This document shows, in pieces, positions 19,978-30,521 of a stretch of DNA of 64,000 nt. This stretch comes from Agarivorans sp. (lineage in GTDB: Bacteria > Pseudomonadota > Gammaproteobacteria > Enterobacterales > Celerinatantimonadaceae), in the NCBI RefSeq assembly GCF_050295395.1, contig NZ_JBNKPP010000092.1, positions 21,654 to 85,653 on the forward strand. The letters are read 5' to 3'. Every line of letters begins with the position of its first letter. Within the stretch, counting starts at the first letter, position 1. The notes under the pieces are model-generated. The model did no database searches. It saw only the letters and a list, made by a program, of their open reading frames with translations, and was not told where the DNA came from. The position numbers and the translations under genes were made by a program.

Positions 19978-22017
19978 TTGAGCATGATTGTTGGTTTTCT
20001 GGGTTACAGTGCCTCTGCCGCAGTGTATTTGTTATTTAGCCTGTTGCTATTAACGACTAAACAAAGTGGTTTTCAACGACAGGCATTAAGTTTGGCGGTG
20101 TTCTTTACTTTGTTGTGGGCACTGGCTGCTGCCTTACAAATTTGGTTTGCCTTGCCGCTGGTATTTCTTTATGCGGTAGAAACCTTACGTAATGGCTTAT
20201 GGTTTTTGTTGCTTTACGCCACTATTGTCCCACAATTTGAATTTAGCCAGTTGTTAGATGGGCCTTGGCGTAAAAAAGGCACCTTACTTGGCTTACTGAT
20301 TATTGCATTTCTACAACTGGGTGCTGGCTTTAGTGGTTTTAGTTTAAATCTCTTTTGGCTGGTTTCTCAATTGGCACAAGCGGTAATTGGTTTATGGTTG
20401 ATTGAACAGTTGTATCGGCGCATTGAGCCTTCAGCCCGAGACACTATCAAGCCGATGTGTTTAGGTTTGGGCGCTGTGTTTGCCTTTGATTTCTCGCTAT
20501 ATGCCAATGCCTTAATTACTTCGGGTATCTCTTTCGACTTTTGGAGTCTACGCGGTTTTGTGGCTATCGTAGCGGCACCTTTAGTATTGTTAAGTGCTCG
20601 ACGAGTGAAACGCTGGTCGACAAAAATCTATGTATCGCGCGATGTGATTTACCACAGTACCTTATTGCTGGTGGCAGGTGCTTATCTGCTGGTTATGTCG
20701 CTAGTGGGTTATTACATTCGTTATGCTGGCGGCGATTGGGGGAGCATGGCGCAAAGTGGTTTCTTTGCGTTAAGTGTGCTGATACTGGTGAGTTTGTTCT
20801 TGTCTGAGCGCTTACGCAAACGGCTAAAAGTGCAAATCACTAAGCACTTCTTTGCCAATAAGTATGAATATCGTGAAGAGTGGATGAAGTTTGCTGCGGT
20901 GTTAGAGAATCAGCAAGGTTCTCCCTATAGCATCGCTCTTAAAGCCATTAATCAACCTTTTGATTGTCAGTTTGCCTGTTTAGCGGTGGCCGAAAACGGT
21001 CGTATGGTGGTAAAAAATACCTACAATATTCGTGACGATGATCCTCAGGCCTTACTTTGCCTTGAACTGTTTGGTCAACAAGCGATAGAACATCAATGGA
21101 TTGTTGACATTGAGGAATTAAAACAAGACAGCAGCGCACTGCCGTTTAAGGTGCATACCAATAGTCTGAATAATATTAACAAGTTTAGTTATGTGATACC
21201 CATGAGTACCGATGCTGGGTTTAAAGGTTTGATTTTATTGTCTGCGCCTACTGCCATTCATAGCGTTAACTGGGAAGACCGAGACCTAATGCGAGCGATT
21301 AGTCGCCAACTGGCGGTGTTTTTAAATCTTCATCGCTCAAATTTAGCCTTGGCAGAGAGTCAGCAGTTCGATACCTTTAATCGTATGTCTGCATATTTAG
21401 TGCACGACTTAAAAAACGTGCTGGCGCAATTACAGCTGTTATCGAAAAATGCGATTAAACATAAACACAATCCAGAATTTATTGAAGATGCCTTCGAAAC
21501 CGTCGATTCGGCGGTAAACCGTTTGTCTAAGGTAGTGGGGCACTTAAGTAAAAAACAACGAATTGATACGGTGGTCGCGCCTTTTTCTTTAAAACCTGCG
21601 CTGCAACAAGTGATTAAATCGCGCTCGATAGGTTTACCCACGCCACAGTTGGAATATCACCTGGACGATGGATTTGAGCTGGTTTGCGACCAAGAACGTT
21701 TTATCAATGTACTGAGCCATTTAGTACAAAATGCCCAAGACGCGAGTGAAGACAATGGCAGTGTTATCTTAAGAGCCAGCCTGTTTGAGCAACAGTGCTT
21801 AATTGAGATTGAAGACCATGGTGAAGGGATGAGTATCGAATTTATCGATACCCGTCTATTTAAGCCTTTTGATACCACCAAAGGTAATGCTGGTATGGGA
21901 GTAGGTGCTTACGATGCAAAACGCTTCGTTGAAGAGTTGGGTGGTCATATCCATGTGCAAAGTAAGCTTGGTGAAGGTAGTTTATTTAAGCTTTACCTGC
22001 CAATTCATAAAATTTAA
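19978..22017 (+). CDS. prsK: PEP-CTERM system sensor histidine kinase PrsK
   Basis: Multi-TM N-terminus, FFANKYEYREEW, H-box YLVHDLKN, N/G boxes; adjacent to prsR. Confidence 0.9.
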   Translation: MSMIVGFLGYSASAAVYLLFSLLLLTTKQSGFQRQALSLAVFFTLLWALAAALQIWFALPLVFLYAVETLRNGLWFLLLYATIVPQFEFSQLLDGPWRKKGTLLGLLIIAFLQLGAGFSGFSLNLFWLVSQLAQAVIGLWLIEQLYRRIEPSARDTIKPMCLGLGAVFAFDFSLYANALITSGISFDFWSLRGFVAIVAAPLVLLSARRVKRWSTKIYVSRDVIYHSTLLLVAGAYLLVMSLVGYYIRYAGGDWGSMAQSGFFALSVLILVSLFLSERLRKRLKVQITKHFFANKYEYREEWMKFAAVLENQQGSPYSIALKAINQPFDCQFACLAVAENGRMVVKNTYNIRDDDPQALLCLELFGQQAIEHQWIVDIEELKQDSSALPFKVHTNSLNNINKFSYVIPMSTDAGFKGLILLSAPTAIHSVNWEDRDLMRAISRQLAVFLNLHRSNLALAESQQFDTFNRMSAYLVHDLKNVLAQLQLLSKNAIKHKHNPEFIEDAFETVDSAVNRLSKVVGHLSKKQRIDTVVAPFSLKPALQQVIKSRSIGLPTPQLEYHLDDGFELVCDQERFINVLSHLVQNAQDASEDNGSVILRASLFEQQCLIEIEDHGEGMSIEFIDTRLFKPFDTTKGNAGMGVGAYDAKRFVEELGGHIHVQSKLGEGSLFKLYLPIHKI

Positions 22018-22057
22018 TCAGCCTTAAAAACGGGCCTAGCCGAACGGAAATAATACG

Positions 22058-23410
22058 ATGGAAACGTTACTGGTTGTTGAAGATGATCCCGGTATTCAAA
22101 AGCAATTAAAGTGGAGTTTCAGTGACTACGAGGTGATAGTCGCCGGAGATAGAAAAGAAGCCATTACTGCTTTGCGCCGCTATGAACCGAAGGTGGTGAC
22201 TTTAGATTTGGGCTTGCCGCCAGATGAAGCCAATGCCAGTGAAGGTTTGGCCACGCTTAAAGAAATGCTGGAATTGAATCCTAAATTGAAAGTGATAGTG
22301 ATTACCGGCAATGAGGACAAAGACAATGCGCTCAAAGCTATCGCGATGGGCGCGCATGATTTTTATCATAAGCCGATTGACGATGATACTTTGTCGGTGA
22401 TTATCTCTAGAGCTTTCTGGGTGGCAAGTATTGAGCTAGAGAATGAAGCGCTACGCGGAGCTTCACTCGATAGCAACGGCTTTTTAGGCAACTCTCCACA
22501 GGTGCAAAAGGTTTGTCGCATGGTGGAGCGCATCGCCCCTACCGAAGTAACCACCTTGCTATTGGGGGAAAGTGGTACTGGTAAAGAGGTGCTGGCTCGG
22601 GCTATTCATCAACAAAGTCCTCGTAAAGATAAGCCCTTTATCGCAATTAACTGTGCTTCGATCCCTGAGAACTTGCTTGAAAGTGAACTCTTCGGTTTTG
22701 AGAAAGGCGCGTTTACGGGTGCCCATAAAACCACTGAGGGTAAAATTGAATGTGCCCACGGCGGCACTCTATTTCTTGATGAAATTGGTGACATGCCCTA
22801 TCCCTTGCAAGCGAAAATCTTACGCTTCTTGCAAGAAAAGGTGGTTGAGCGAGTGGGGGGGCGCAAAGAAATTCCAGTGGATGTGAAAATTGTTTGTGCC
22901 ACTCACCAAGACTTGCAGCAAATGGTGGAGCAAAAATCCTTTCGGGAAGATTTGTTTTACCGCATTAGTGAAATCACTATCAATATTCCGCCGCTGCGCG
23001 AGCGCGGTGAAGACGTGGTGTTGTTAGCTCGCGCTTTCTTGCAAAGCTATAACAAGCAAATGCAGCGTAACATCAATAATTTCAGTGATGATGCCATTGC
23101 CGCCCTTACGCGGCATCGTTGGCCGGGCAACATTCGCGAGTTACAGAATAAAGTGAAATCGGCGGTGATCATGGCGGATAGCAAGCAAATCACCGCAGAT
23201 GATCTAGCCTTGCCTTTGGCTGATGGTGATGAAGAACAGTTAAAGCTAGCCTTAAACCTTCGTCAAGTGCGCGAAACGGCTGAGAAACAAGCGATTAGTA
23301 AGGCGCTAGCCTTGAGCAATGGCAACATCTCCAACACCGCTGGCTTATTAGGGGTTACTCGTCCCACGCTATACTCTTTACTTGAGAAGTACGGATTAAA
23401 AACTGATTAG
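22058..23410 (+). CDS. prsR: PEP-CTERM-box sigma54 response regulator PrsR
   Basis: REC (LDLGLPPD), AAA+ [15 protein letters not shown]-terminal Fis HTH. Confidence 0.92.
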   Translation: METLLVVEDDPGIQKQLKWSFSDYEVIVAGDRKEAITALRRYEPKVVTLDLGLPPDEANASEGLATLKEMLELNPKLKVIVITGNEDKDNALKAIAMGAHDFYHKPIDDDTLSVIISRAFWVASIELENEALRGASLDSNGFLGNSPQVQKVCRMVERIAPTEVTTLLLGESGTGKEVLARAIHQQSPRKDKPFIAINCASIPENLLESELFGFEKGAFTGAHKTTEGKIECAHGGTLFLDEIGDMPYPLQAKILRFLQEKVVERVGGRKEIPVDVKIVCATHQDLQQMVEQKSFREDLFYRISEITINIPPLRERGEDVVLLARAFLQSYNKQMQRNINNFSDDAIAALTRHRWPGNIRELQNKVKSAVIMADSKQITADDLALPLADGDEEQLKLALNLRQVRETAEKQAISKALALSNGNISNTAGLLGVTRPTLYSLLEKYGLKTD

Positions 23411-23417
23411 GACCGTT

Positions 23418-23879
23418 ATGGACAAATCACAAACAGAAATGAATATCTTGGTGACTCCAGAAATGGCTAATTTCTCGGGGAAAATGCACGGTGGTGCAAT
23501 GTTAAAAGTATTGGATGAAGTAGCCTTTACCACGGCCATTCAATACTGTGGTAACTACGCTGTAACCTTATCGGTAGACCAGGTGTTATTTAAGAACCCA
23601 GTTGAAATTGGTGAGTTTGTGACTTTTTTGGCGTCGGTCAATTATACCGGAAGAACCTCGATGGAAGTGGGCATTAAGGTGGTAGCTAAGAACCTAAAGG
23701 AACAAGTGGTTCGCCATACTCATTCCTGCTTTTTTACTATGGTGGCGGTTGATGAACAGGGGAATTCCATTGCGGTACCGCCGTTGAAACCAACTACCGA
23801 GTTGGCGAAAAGACGTTATAACGACGCTTTACGTCGTCGTCAGCAAAGAATTGATAACCATAAAGTAAGACAAGCTTGA
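23418..23879 (+). CDS. Acyl-CoA thioesterase (hotdog fold, YciA family)
   Basis: NFSGKMHGG..LK.LD, TGRTSMEVG, YFTMVAVD-like motifs. Confidence 0.9.
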   Translation: MDKSQTEMNILVTPEMANFSGKMHGGAMLKVLDEVAFTTAIQYCGNYAVTLSVDQVLFKNPVEIGEFVTFLASVNYTGRTSMEVGIKVVAKNLKEQVVRHTHSCFFTMVAVDEQGNSIAVPPLKPTTELAKRRYNDALRRRQQRIDNHKVRQA

Positions 23880-23892
23880 TCAGCTTGTCTTA
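23866..23892. terminator. Intrinsic terminator-like hairpin between the prsKR-thioesterase operon and convergent dctM
   Basis: TAAGACAAGCT-TGATC-AGCTTGTCTTA perfect 11-bp stem. Confidence 0.65.
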
Positions 23893-23940
23893 TTAAACAT
23901 TAGGCTAGGCGGTTTAATGGTGGTCACTAGCTGCTTAGCG

Positions 23941-25338
23941 CTAATAGCCGTTTAGTCGATCGAAATATTCTGGTAGAAATAGCGATATCTGCGGAATATA
24001 GGTAATCAGCATTAAGAACAACAACAGCAAGCTCAACCAAGGTAGACAAGCCTTAATCACCCAACCCATGCTTCTGCCAGTAATACCTGCAGTAACAAAC
24101 AGGTTTAAGCCCACCGGCGGCGTTAGCATGCCTATTTCCATATTGACCACCATGATGATACCCAAATGGATGGGGTCAATGCCCAGCTGAGTCGCAATTG
24201 GGAACAAGATAGGTGCCATAATTAATAAGATGGCCGAAGGCTCCATAAAATTACCGGCGATCAGCAGCAAAATATTCACCACCACTAAAAATGCCCAAGG
24301 TTGTAAACCATGAGCCACGATGGATTCGGCAATCATGTGAGGGATCCGCTCAGTGGTGAGCACGTGCGCAAATAACATGGCATTGGCAATAATAAATAAC
24401 AGCATGATGCTAACTTTGGCAGCATCTTTCACCACTTGGCGCACTTCTTTATCCAGTATCGATTTAACGATGCTAAGAGGCAGTAAAGCAAGGTTGCGCA
24501 GGCCGGCTGCAGTGAGGCTTTCCCCTTGATTACGCCATGCTTGCTGCTTAATTGGGCCAATGTCACGATAGCCGTAGACCGAGACTAAAAAGGCATAGAT
24601 TGCCGCTACTGAGGCGGCCTCTGTAGGGCTGGCGATACCGCCATAAATCGAGCCCAACACAATGACTATTAGCATCAGACCACCGGTCGCCTTGAGGGCG
24701 GAAATGCCCCATTGACGGCAACCAGGATAGGGCTGAGCGGGAAGGTTCTTGATTCTAGCTACTACGTAAATGGCGAGCATTAAAATACTGCCCATCATGA
24801 TGCCGGGAATGAAGCCGGCCATGAACATACGCGAGGCTGATACCTCGGTGGCGGCCGCGTAAACCAGCATCACAATGGAGGGCGGAATTAAGATCCCCAG
24901 AGTGCCTGCGTTAGCGATTACCCCGGCAGCCAATGATTCAGGATAACCTGAACGAACCATGCCGGCGATAACTATTGAGCCTATGGCTGCCACGGTGGCA
25001 GGGCTAGATCCTGATACGGCGGCAAACAACATACAAGCTAACACTGAGGCCATGGCCAAACCGCCGCGAATGTGGCCTACGCTGTCCATGGCAAAATTGA
25101 TCAGCCGCCGAGCCACTCCTCCGGTAGATAAAAAGGCCGAAGACAGAATGAAAAAGGGAATGGCGAGTAGTGTGTAGTGCTCAGAGGTGGCTTCAAACAG
25201 CTTTAGCGCAATTGAGGCAAGTGAGTCATTGGAAAATAATAAAATAGTGGTCATGCTGGCGAAACCTAACGCGATGGCGATGGGCATGCCGATGATCATA
25301 CAAATAAACAGTAGAATAAATAGGGTAAAGGTAGTCAT
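23941..25338 (-). CDS. dctM: TRAP transporter large permease DctM
   Basis: SGSSPAT, GTLGILIPPS, GMLTPPVG motifs. Confidence 0.95.
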   Translation of the reverse strand: MTTFTLFILLFICMIIGMPIAIALGFASMTTILLFSNDSLASIALKLFEATSEHYTLLAIPFFILSSAFLSTGGVARRLINFAMDSVGHIRGGLAMASVLACMLFAAVSGSSPATVAAIGSIVIAGMVRSGYPESLAAGVIANAGTLGILIPPSIVMLVYAAATEVSASRMFMAGFIPGIMMGSILMLAIYVVARIKNLPAQPYPGCRQWGISALKATGGLMLIVIVLGSIYGGIASPTEAASVAAIYAFLVSVYGYRDIGPIKQQAWRNQGESLTAAGLRNLALLPLSIVKSILDKEVRQVVKDAAKVSIMLLFIIANAMLFAHVLTTERIPHMIAESIVAHGLQPWAFLVVVNILLLIAGNFMEPSAILLIMAPILFPIATQLGIDPIHLGIIMVVNMEIGMLTPPVGLNLFVTAGITGRSMGWVIKACLPWLSLLLLFLMLITYIPQISLFLPEYFDRLNGY

Positions 25339-25360
25339 GCTCTGTTCCTTGCCGCAATGC

Positions 25361-25897
25361 TTATGATTTTTTTAATTCGTCGGCTAACTGCATACTTTCT
25401 TTGGCTTCATCGGCCAGATGGAAGCCATCTTGTTGGTTGGTTATTACTTTCCAGCCCACCTCCAAGAAACGGACAACTAGCAGTACAAAACCAATAAATA
25501 ACACGCTCATGGCCTTCCATTTCTCAATCGGCAGATCTTCCATCTCGATGCCAATGCTGTGTAGCTTGCTCAAGTACACCCATGAGCCATACAGGAATAG
25601 GCTGCAATAGAAGAGACACAAGGCTAAAGCGACGAGGGTTAACAACTTTCGTTGCTTGTGCGGGAGGAGCTTGACGAAGGCGTCGACACCAATATGAGCA
25701 CCTTCTCTTACTCCCCAACTGGCTCCAAGTAATACCAACCACGCAGAGCAGTAGAGGGTGACTTCTTGGATCCAATGGAGGCCAGAGTTAAATACAAAGC
25801 GCATCACCACTTCGATAAATACCAGCAAGGTCATTACCACCAATAGTGAGGCAATAAGATTCTCTTCGATGCTTCTAAACCAGTTCACCAGCTTCAT
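25361..25897 (-). CDS. dctQ: TRAP transporter small permease DctQ
   Basis: Four TM helices, HIGVD motif; between dctP and dctM. Confidence 0.92.
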   Translation of the reverse strand: MKLVNWFRSIEENLIASLLVVMTLLVFIEVVMRFVFNSGLHWIQEVTLYCSAWLVLLGASWGVREGAHIGVDAFVKLLPHKQRKLLTLVALALCLFYCSLFLYGSWVYLSKLHSIGIEMEDLPIEKWKAMSVLFIGFVLLVVRFLEVGWKVITNQQDGFHLADEAKESMQLADELKKS

Positions 25898-25971
25898 TAT
25901 TTTTCCTTAAATAACCTGTAACAAAGGTTGCTAAAAGCGCGCAGAGCGAGGGGGCTCTGCATCATCGTTAG

Positions 25972-26997
<1,026 letters not shown>

Positions 26998-27002
26998 TTA
27001 TG

Positions 27003-27018
27003 GCAAGCCTTGTGCCAA
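27003..27018 (-). promoter_or_regulatory. sigma54 -24/-12 promoter for dctPQM
   Basis: Minus strand TTGGCAC-AAGGC-TTGC, canonical spacing, about 50 nt upstream of dctP. Confidence 0.85.
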
Positions 27019-27034
27019 TTTAAGAAGGTGTTTT

Positions 27035-27047
27035 TAAGTTTTTGAAA
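27035..27047 (-). promoter_or_regulatory. Putative IHF site
   Basis: TTTCAAAAACTTA, one mismatch to WATCAANNNNTTR, between promoter and enhancer. Confidence 0.5.
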
Positions 27048-27101
27048 TGTTTAGATAAAATTTTAGAGTGTGGTTTTGCTTGGGATTGCGAAGTCAATTT
27101 A

Positions 27102-27152
27102 TGGGGGGATGTTCCCCCATGGAAATTAATTAAATGGGGGGGAAGCCACCCA
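27102..27152. promoter_or_regulatory. Tandem palindromic enhancer sites, putative DctD UAS
   Basis: TGGGGGGATGTTCCCCCA (27102-27119) and TGGGGGGGAAGCCACCCA (27135-27152), 33 bp apart. Confidence 0.65.
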
Positions 27153-28502
27153 TTAGTCTGAGTGCTGGGTTTTGTAGTCACCCTTGTCTAAATGGTGCTT
27201 TTTCATTTTCTCGTAGAGCGTTTTGCGGCCAATTTGTAGTTCATGCTGTACTGCTTTTAGCTGGCCTTGATGACGTTGCAGCGCGTCTTGTAGCAGGGTG
27301 TGTTCAAAACGATAGAGTTGTTCGGCCAAATTCATGTTCTGCTGGGGTTTTTCAGCTTCGTCAAAGGCGGCATGTTCGCCCATTAATACCCAGCGCTCGG
27401 CTAAATTACGTAATTCTCGTACATTACCTGGCCAGTCGTGCTTCATTAAGCTGCCCAAACGCTGTGGGCTAATATCTGGGCTATTTAGCTGATAGCGGGC
27501 GGCGGCCACACGTAAAAAGTTGTTTAGCAATAAGGGAATGTCTTCAAGGCGCTCGCGTAGCGGAGGAATATGCACCTCTACTACGTTGAGCCGATAGTAC
27601 AGATCGCTGCGAAAGACGCCGTTATCTCCTAGCTGTTTTAAGTCGCTTTTGGTGGCGGCAATCACGCGAATATCCAAGGGTGTGGCTAAGTTACTGCCAA
27701 GTGGCTCAACGCTGCGCTCTTCGAGTACGCGTAACAATTTGATTTGCAGGGCCATCGGCATGCTTTCAATTTCATCGAGAAACAGTGTGCCTCGATGGGC
27801 AAAGGCAATTTTGCCTACACGTTTTTTTTGCGCGCCGGTAAAGGCTCCGGCTTCGTGACCAAATAGCTCGCTTTCAATCATGTTTTCTGGAATGGCGCCG
27901 CAGTTAATCGCTACAAATGGGTGTTGGGCGCGAATACTGTGATCGTGTAGGAAACGGGCAACCAGTTCTTTTCCGGTACCGGTCTCGCCGTTGATCAGGA
28001 CGTCGGCAGGGGTATCTTTAATTTGTCCTAAAATTTTTCGCAGTCGGCTTATCACTGGGGTGGAGCCAAGGATCCGTGGGCCAGGGCCACTTTGGGCGTC
28101 TAGTTCGGCTTTGAGTTCTCGGTTTTCTAGGGTTAAGCTGCGTTTGTCTAAGGCGCGCTTTAATACATCCAGTAAGTGGCTAGTTGCAAACGGTTTTTCT
28201 AAGAAGTCATAAGCTCCGTCTCGAATGGCTTTAATCGCCATAGATATATCACCGTGACCGGTGAGGAGAATAATCGGCAGGTCGGCGTCTATTTGATGGG
28301 CCTGTTGCATCATCTCTAGGCCGCTAAGGCCGGGCATATTAATGTCGGAAATAATCACTCCGGGCCATTCTGCTTGCAGTGTTGCTAATGCGGACTCTGC
28401 GTTAGCAAAACTTAAACTCTGGTAGCCTTCTAGCTCCAGCGTTTGACTTAAAGAGCGCAAAATATCCGGGTCGTCATCAATAATAATTACCTGTTTATCC
28501 AC
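27153..28502 (-). CDS. dctD: sigma54-dependent response regulator DctD
   Basis: REC + AAA+ (GETGTGKE, GAFTGA) + HTH; downstream of dctB, next to dctPQM. Confidence 0.9.
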   Translation of the reverse strand: MDKQVIIIDDDPDILRSLSQTLELEGYQSLSFANAESALATLQAEWPGVIISDINMPGLSGLEMMQQAHQIDADLPIILLTGHGDISMAIKAIRDGAYDFLEKPFATSHLLDVLKRALDKRSLTLENRELKAELDAQSGPGPRILGSTPVISRLRKILGQIKDTPADVLINGETGTGKELVARFLHDHSIRAQHPFVAINCGAIPENMIESELFGHEAGAFTGAQKKRVGKIAFAHRGTLFLDEIESMPMALQIKLLRVLEERSVEPLGSNLATPLDIRVIAATKSDLKQLGDNGVFRSDLYYRLNVVEVHIPPLRERLEDIPLLLNNFLRVAAARYQLNSPDISPQRLGSLMKHDWPGNVRELRNLAERWVLMGEHAAFDEAEKPQQNMNLAEQLYRFEHTLLQDALQRHQGQLKAVQHELQIGRKTLYEKMKKHHLDKGDYKTQHSD

Positions 28503-28511
28503 CTTGGCCTC

Positions 28512-30308
28512 TTAGGGTTTATGTTGCGGGTCGGGTAAGTGGATCACAAACTCCGGCCCGAAATCTGCTTTGTTAGTGACAGTAATTTCACCACCAAAGG
28601 ATTCAATTAAACGTTTTGATATCGCCATTCCTAGTCCTAAACCTTGTTTTTTAGTGGTGTAGAACGGTTCAAATATACGCTGTAGTTGCTCTTCGCTGAG
28701 CTCTGGGCCGTTGTCCCAAATGGCGATGCATTGCCAGCCATCTTGCTGGAATTGGCTGATCCCCAAACGCGGCTGCGGTTGTTGTTCTAGGGCGTCGATG
28801 GCGTTGTTGAGCAGGTTAATTAACACCTGCTCTAGGTGAATAGGGTCAACCTTCACCCACTGCTCGTCCTGACCAGAGAACTCAATTTTAATATTATTGG
28901 CAACGATGCGATTAGCCAAAATCGATAGAGCGGCGTTAATCGCTGTGGAGCTGGCAACCAATTGGCTTTGGCCACTGGATTTGCGCGAGAAAATTTTAAA
29001 TTTGGCGATCATCTTACTCATCATGGTACTGAGTTTGAGGATCTCTTGGAGATTATTGCCAACCTGCTGATGCTGTTGCTTTTGTTGAAAACGCAAGGCA
29101 TTTTCAGCGTAGTTGCGTAGCGCGGTTAGAGGTTGGTTAAGCTCATGGTTGATGCCTGCAGACAGCTCTCCTAAGGTAGCTAGCTTAGCGGCTTGAACTA
29201 ATTCATCTTCAGTTTTCTTTAAGGTTTTGGCAGTGCGTTGATAATTATCTAAGGCTTGTTGTAGTTGCCTATTGGCTCGAGTTAATTCGGTGGTGCGTTG
29301 TTGAACCCGTTCCTCTAGTAGTTGGTTTGCTTGTAATTGCAATTGACGACTGGTTTGTAATTGTCGCCAATACAGGTAAAGCAAAACTAAACCCCAATAG
29401 AGTAGCGAGCAAAGTAATAAGGCTTCACTAACTTCACTGCTATATGCGCTTTGCGGAGATAGGGCATATAAATGCCATCCAGCTGTTGGCAATACTCGAT
29501 GTATGCTGAGATAGCTTTGGGCTTCTCCATTGTAGTTAGGCAGGATGATGCTATCGTTGGTTTTGCGCTGAGCCATGTTGTTCAACGAATGCTCGCCATA
29601 CTGACGGGAGTTAATGATTTGCTGGCGTAACGAGTCGGCTATGGGGCGAATGCTGCGGTATAACCAATGGTTTTGCGAAGCATAAAATACCACCCCATGT
29701 TTATCGGTGAGTAGGTATTCAAAATGCGGATCGCGCCAGCTTCTTTCAATAATATTTAAGGCTACTTTCACCACCACCACACCGACCACTTTTTGTTGAT
29801 AGAGCACCGGGGCGGAAAAATAATAACCGCGAACACCTGAGCGAGAGCCAAGAGCAAAGTATTGGCCATATTTGCCAAGGATGGCGGTCTGAAAATAGGG
29901 GCGGTAGCTGTAATTACTGCCGACGAAGGAGCGAGGACTTTGCCAATTACTGGAGGCAATGGTGGTGCCGTTTACATCCAGTAGGTAGCTCACATCGCTC
30001 CCTTGGCGCTGATTGATTTCTTGCAAATATAGATTAAGTTGTTGGCTGCGCTGAGTGCTAGCGTTGAGCCGCAGCGGTTCGATGAGTTGTTGTTGAAATG
30101 CCAGTACCTTAGGAAAATTACGAAAACGGTCTAATTCATGTTGAATGCTGCGTTGTAAACGTTGGCTCTCGCCAAGTAGGCGCTGTTTTTGTTGTAGCTT
30201 GGCTTGGTATTGAGCACTGACTCCTGCCAATAACATCAGGACTAACCAGCACAGGCCGAGTAGAGCCTTGTGCCCTAAGGGTATATCGTTTTTTAGGCCT
30301 TGTTCCAT
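28512..30308 (-). CDS. dctB: C4-dicarboxylate sensor kinase DctB
   Basis: Periplasmic dCache (FVGSNYSYRPYF), H-box INHELNQPL, GLGLG. Confidence 0.9.
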   Translation of the reverse strand: MEQGLKNDIPLGHKALLGLCWLVLMLLAGVSAQYQAKLQQKQRLLGESQRLQRSIQHELDRFRNFPKVLAFQQQLIEPLRLNASTQRSQQLNLYLQEINQRQGSDVSYLLDVNGTTIASSNWQSPRSFVGSNYSYRPYFQTAILGKYGQYFALGSRSGVRGYYFSAPVLYQQKVVGVVVVKVALNIIERSWRDPHFEYLLTDKHGVVFYASQNHWLYRSIRPIADSLRQQIINSRQYGEHSLNNMAQRKTNDSIILPNYNGEAQSYLSIHRVLPTAGWHLYALSPQSAYSSEVSEALLLCSLLYWGLVLLYLYWRQLQTSRQLQLQANQLLEERVQQRTTELTRANRQLQQALDNYQRTAKTLKKTEDELVQAAKLATLGELSAGINHELNQPLTALRNYAENALRFQQKQQHQQVGNNLQEILKLSTMMSKMIAKFKIFSRKSSGQSQLVASSTAINAALSILANRIVANNIKIEFSGQDEQWVKVDPIHLEQVLINLLNNAIDALEQQPQPRLGISQFQQDGWQCIAIWDNGPELSEEQLQRIFEPFYTTKKQGLGLGMAISKRLIESFGGEITVTNKADFGPEFVIHLPDPQHKP

Positions 30309-30521
30309 CGCTATTCAATCAACTTCATCCATAGAACCAGCTTATAAGAGAAACTTAAATATTGCTGGCGGATTAGTCACATAGTCCGAGTTTTGGGGCT
30401 TCTATTAGGGAACTCAGCTCCTTATATTACCTAAGGTTATAAAGAATCCCGTTTTATTCTTTATTGTCTGGCCTAGGGCTTGGTTAGACTAGCAGCAATT
30501 ACGAATCTAGGGTGTGATAAA

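Noticed and set aside
30360-30480. AT-rich segments upstream of cysJ as CysB boxes
   Set aside because: CysB control is expected, but the LysR consensus is too degenerate to place a site by eye.
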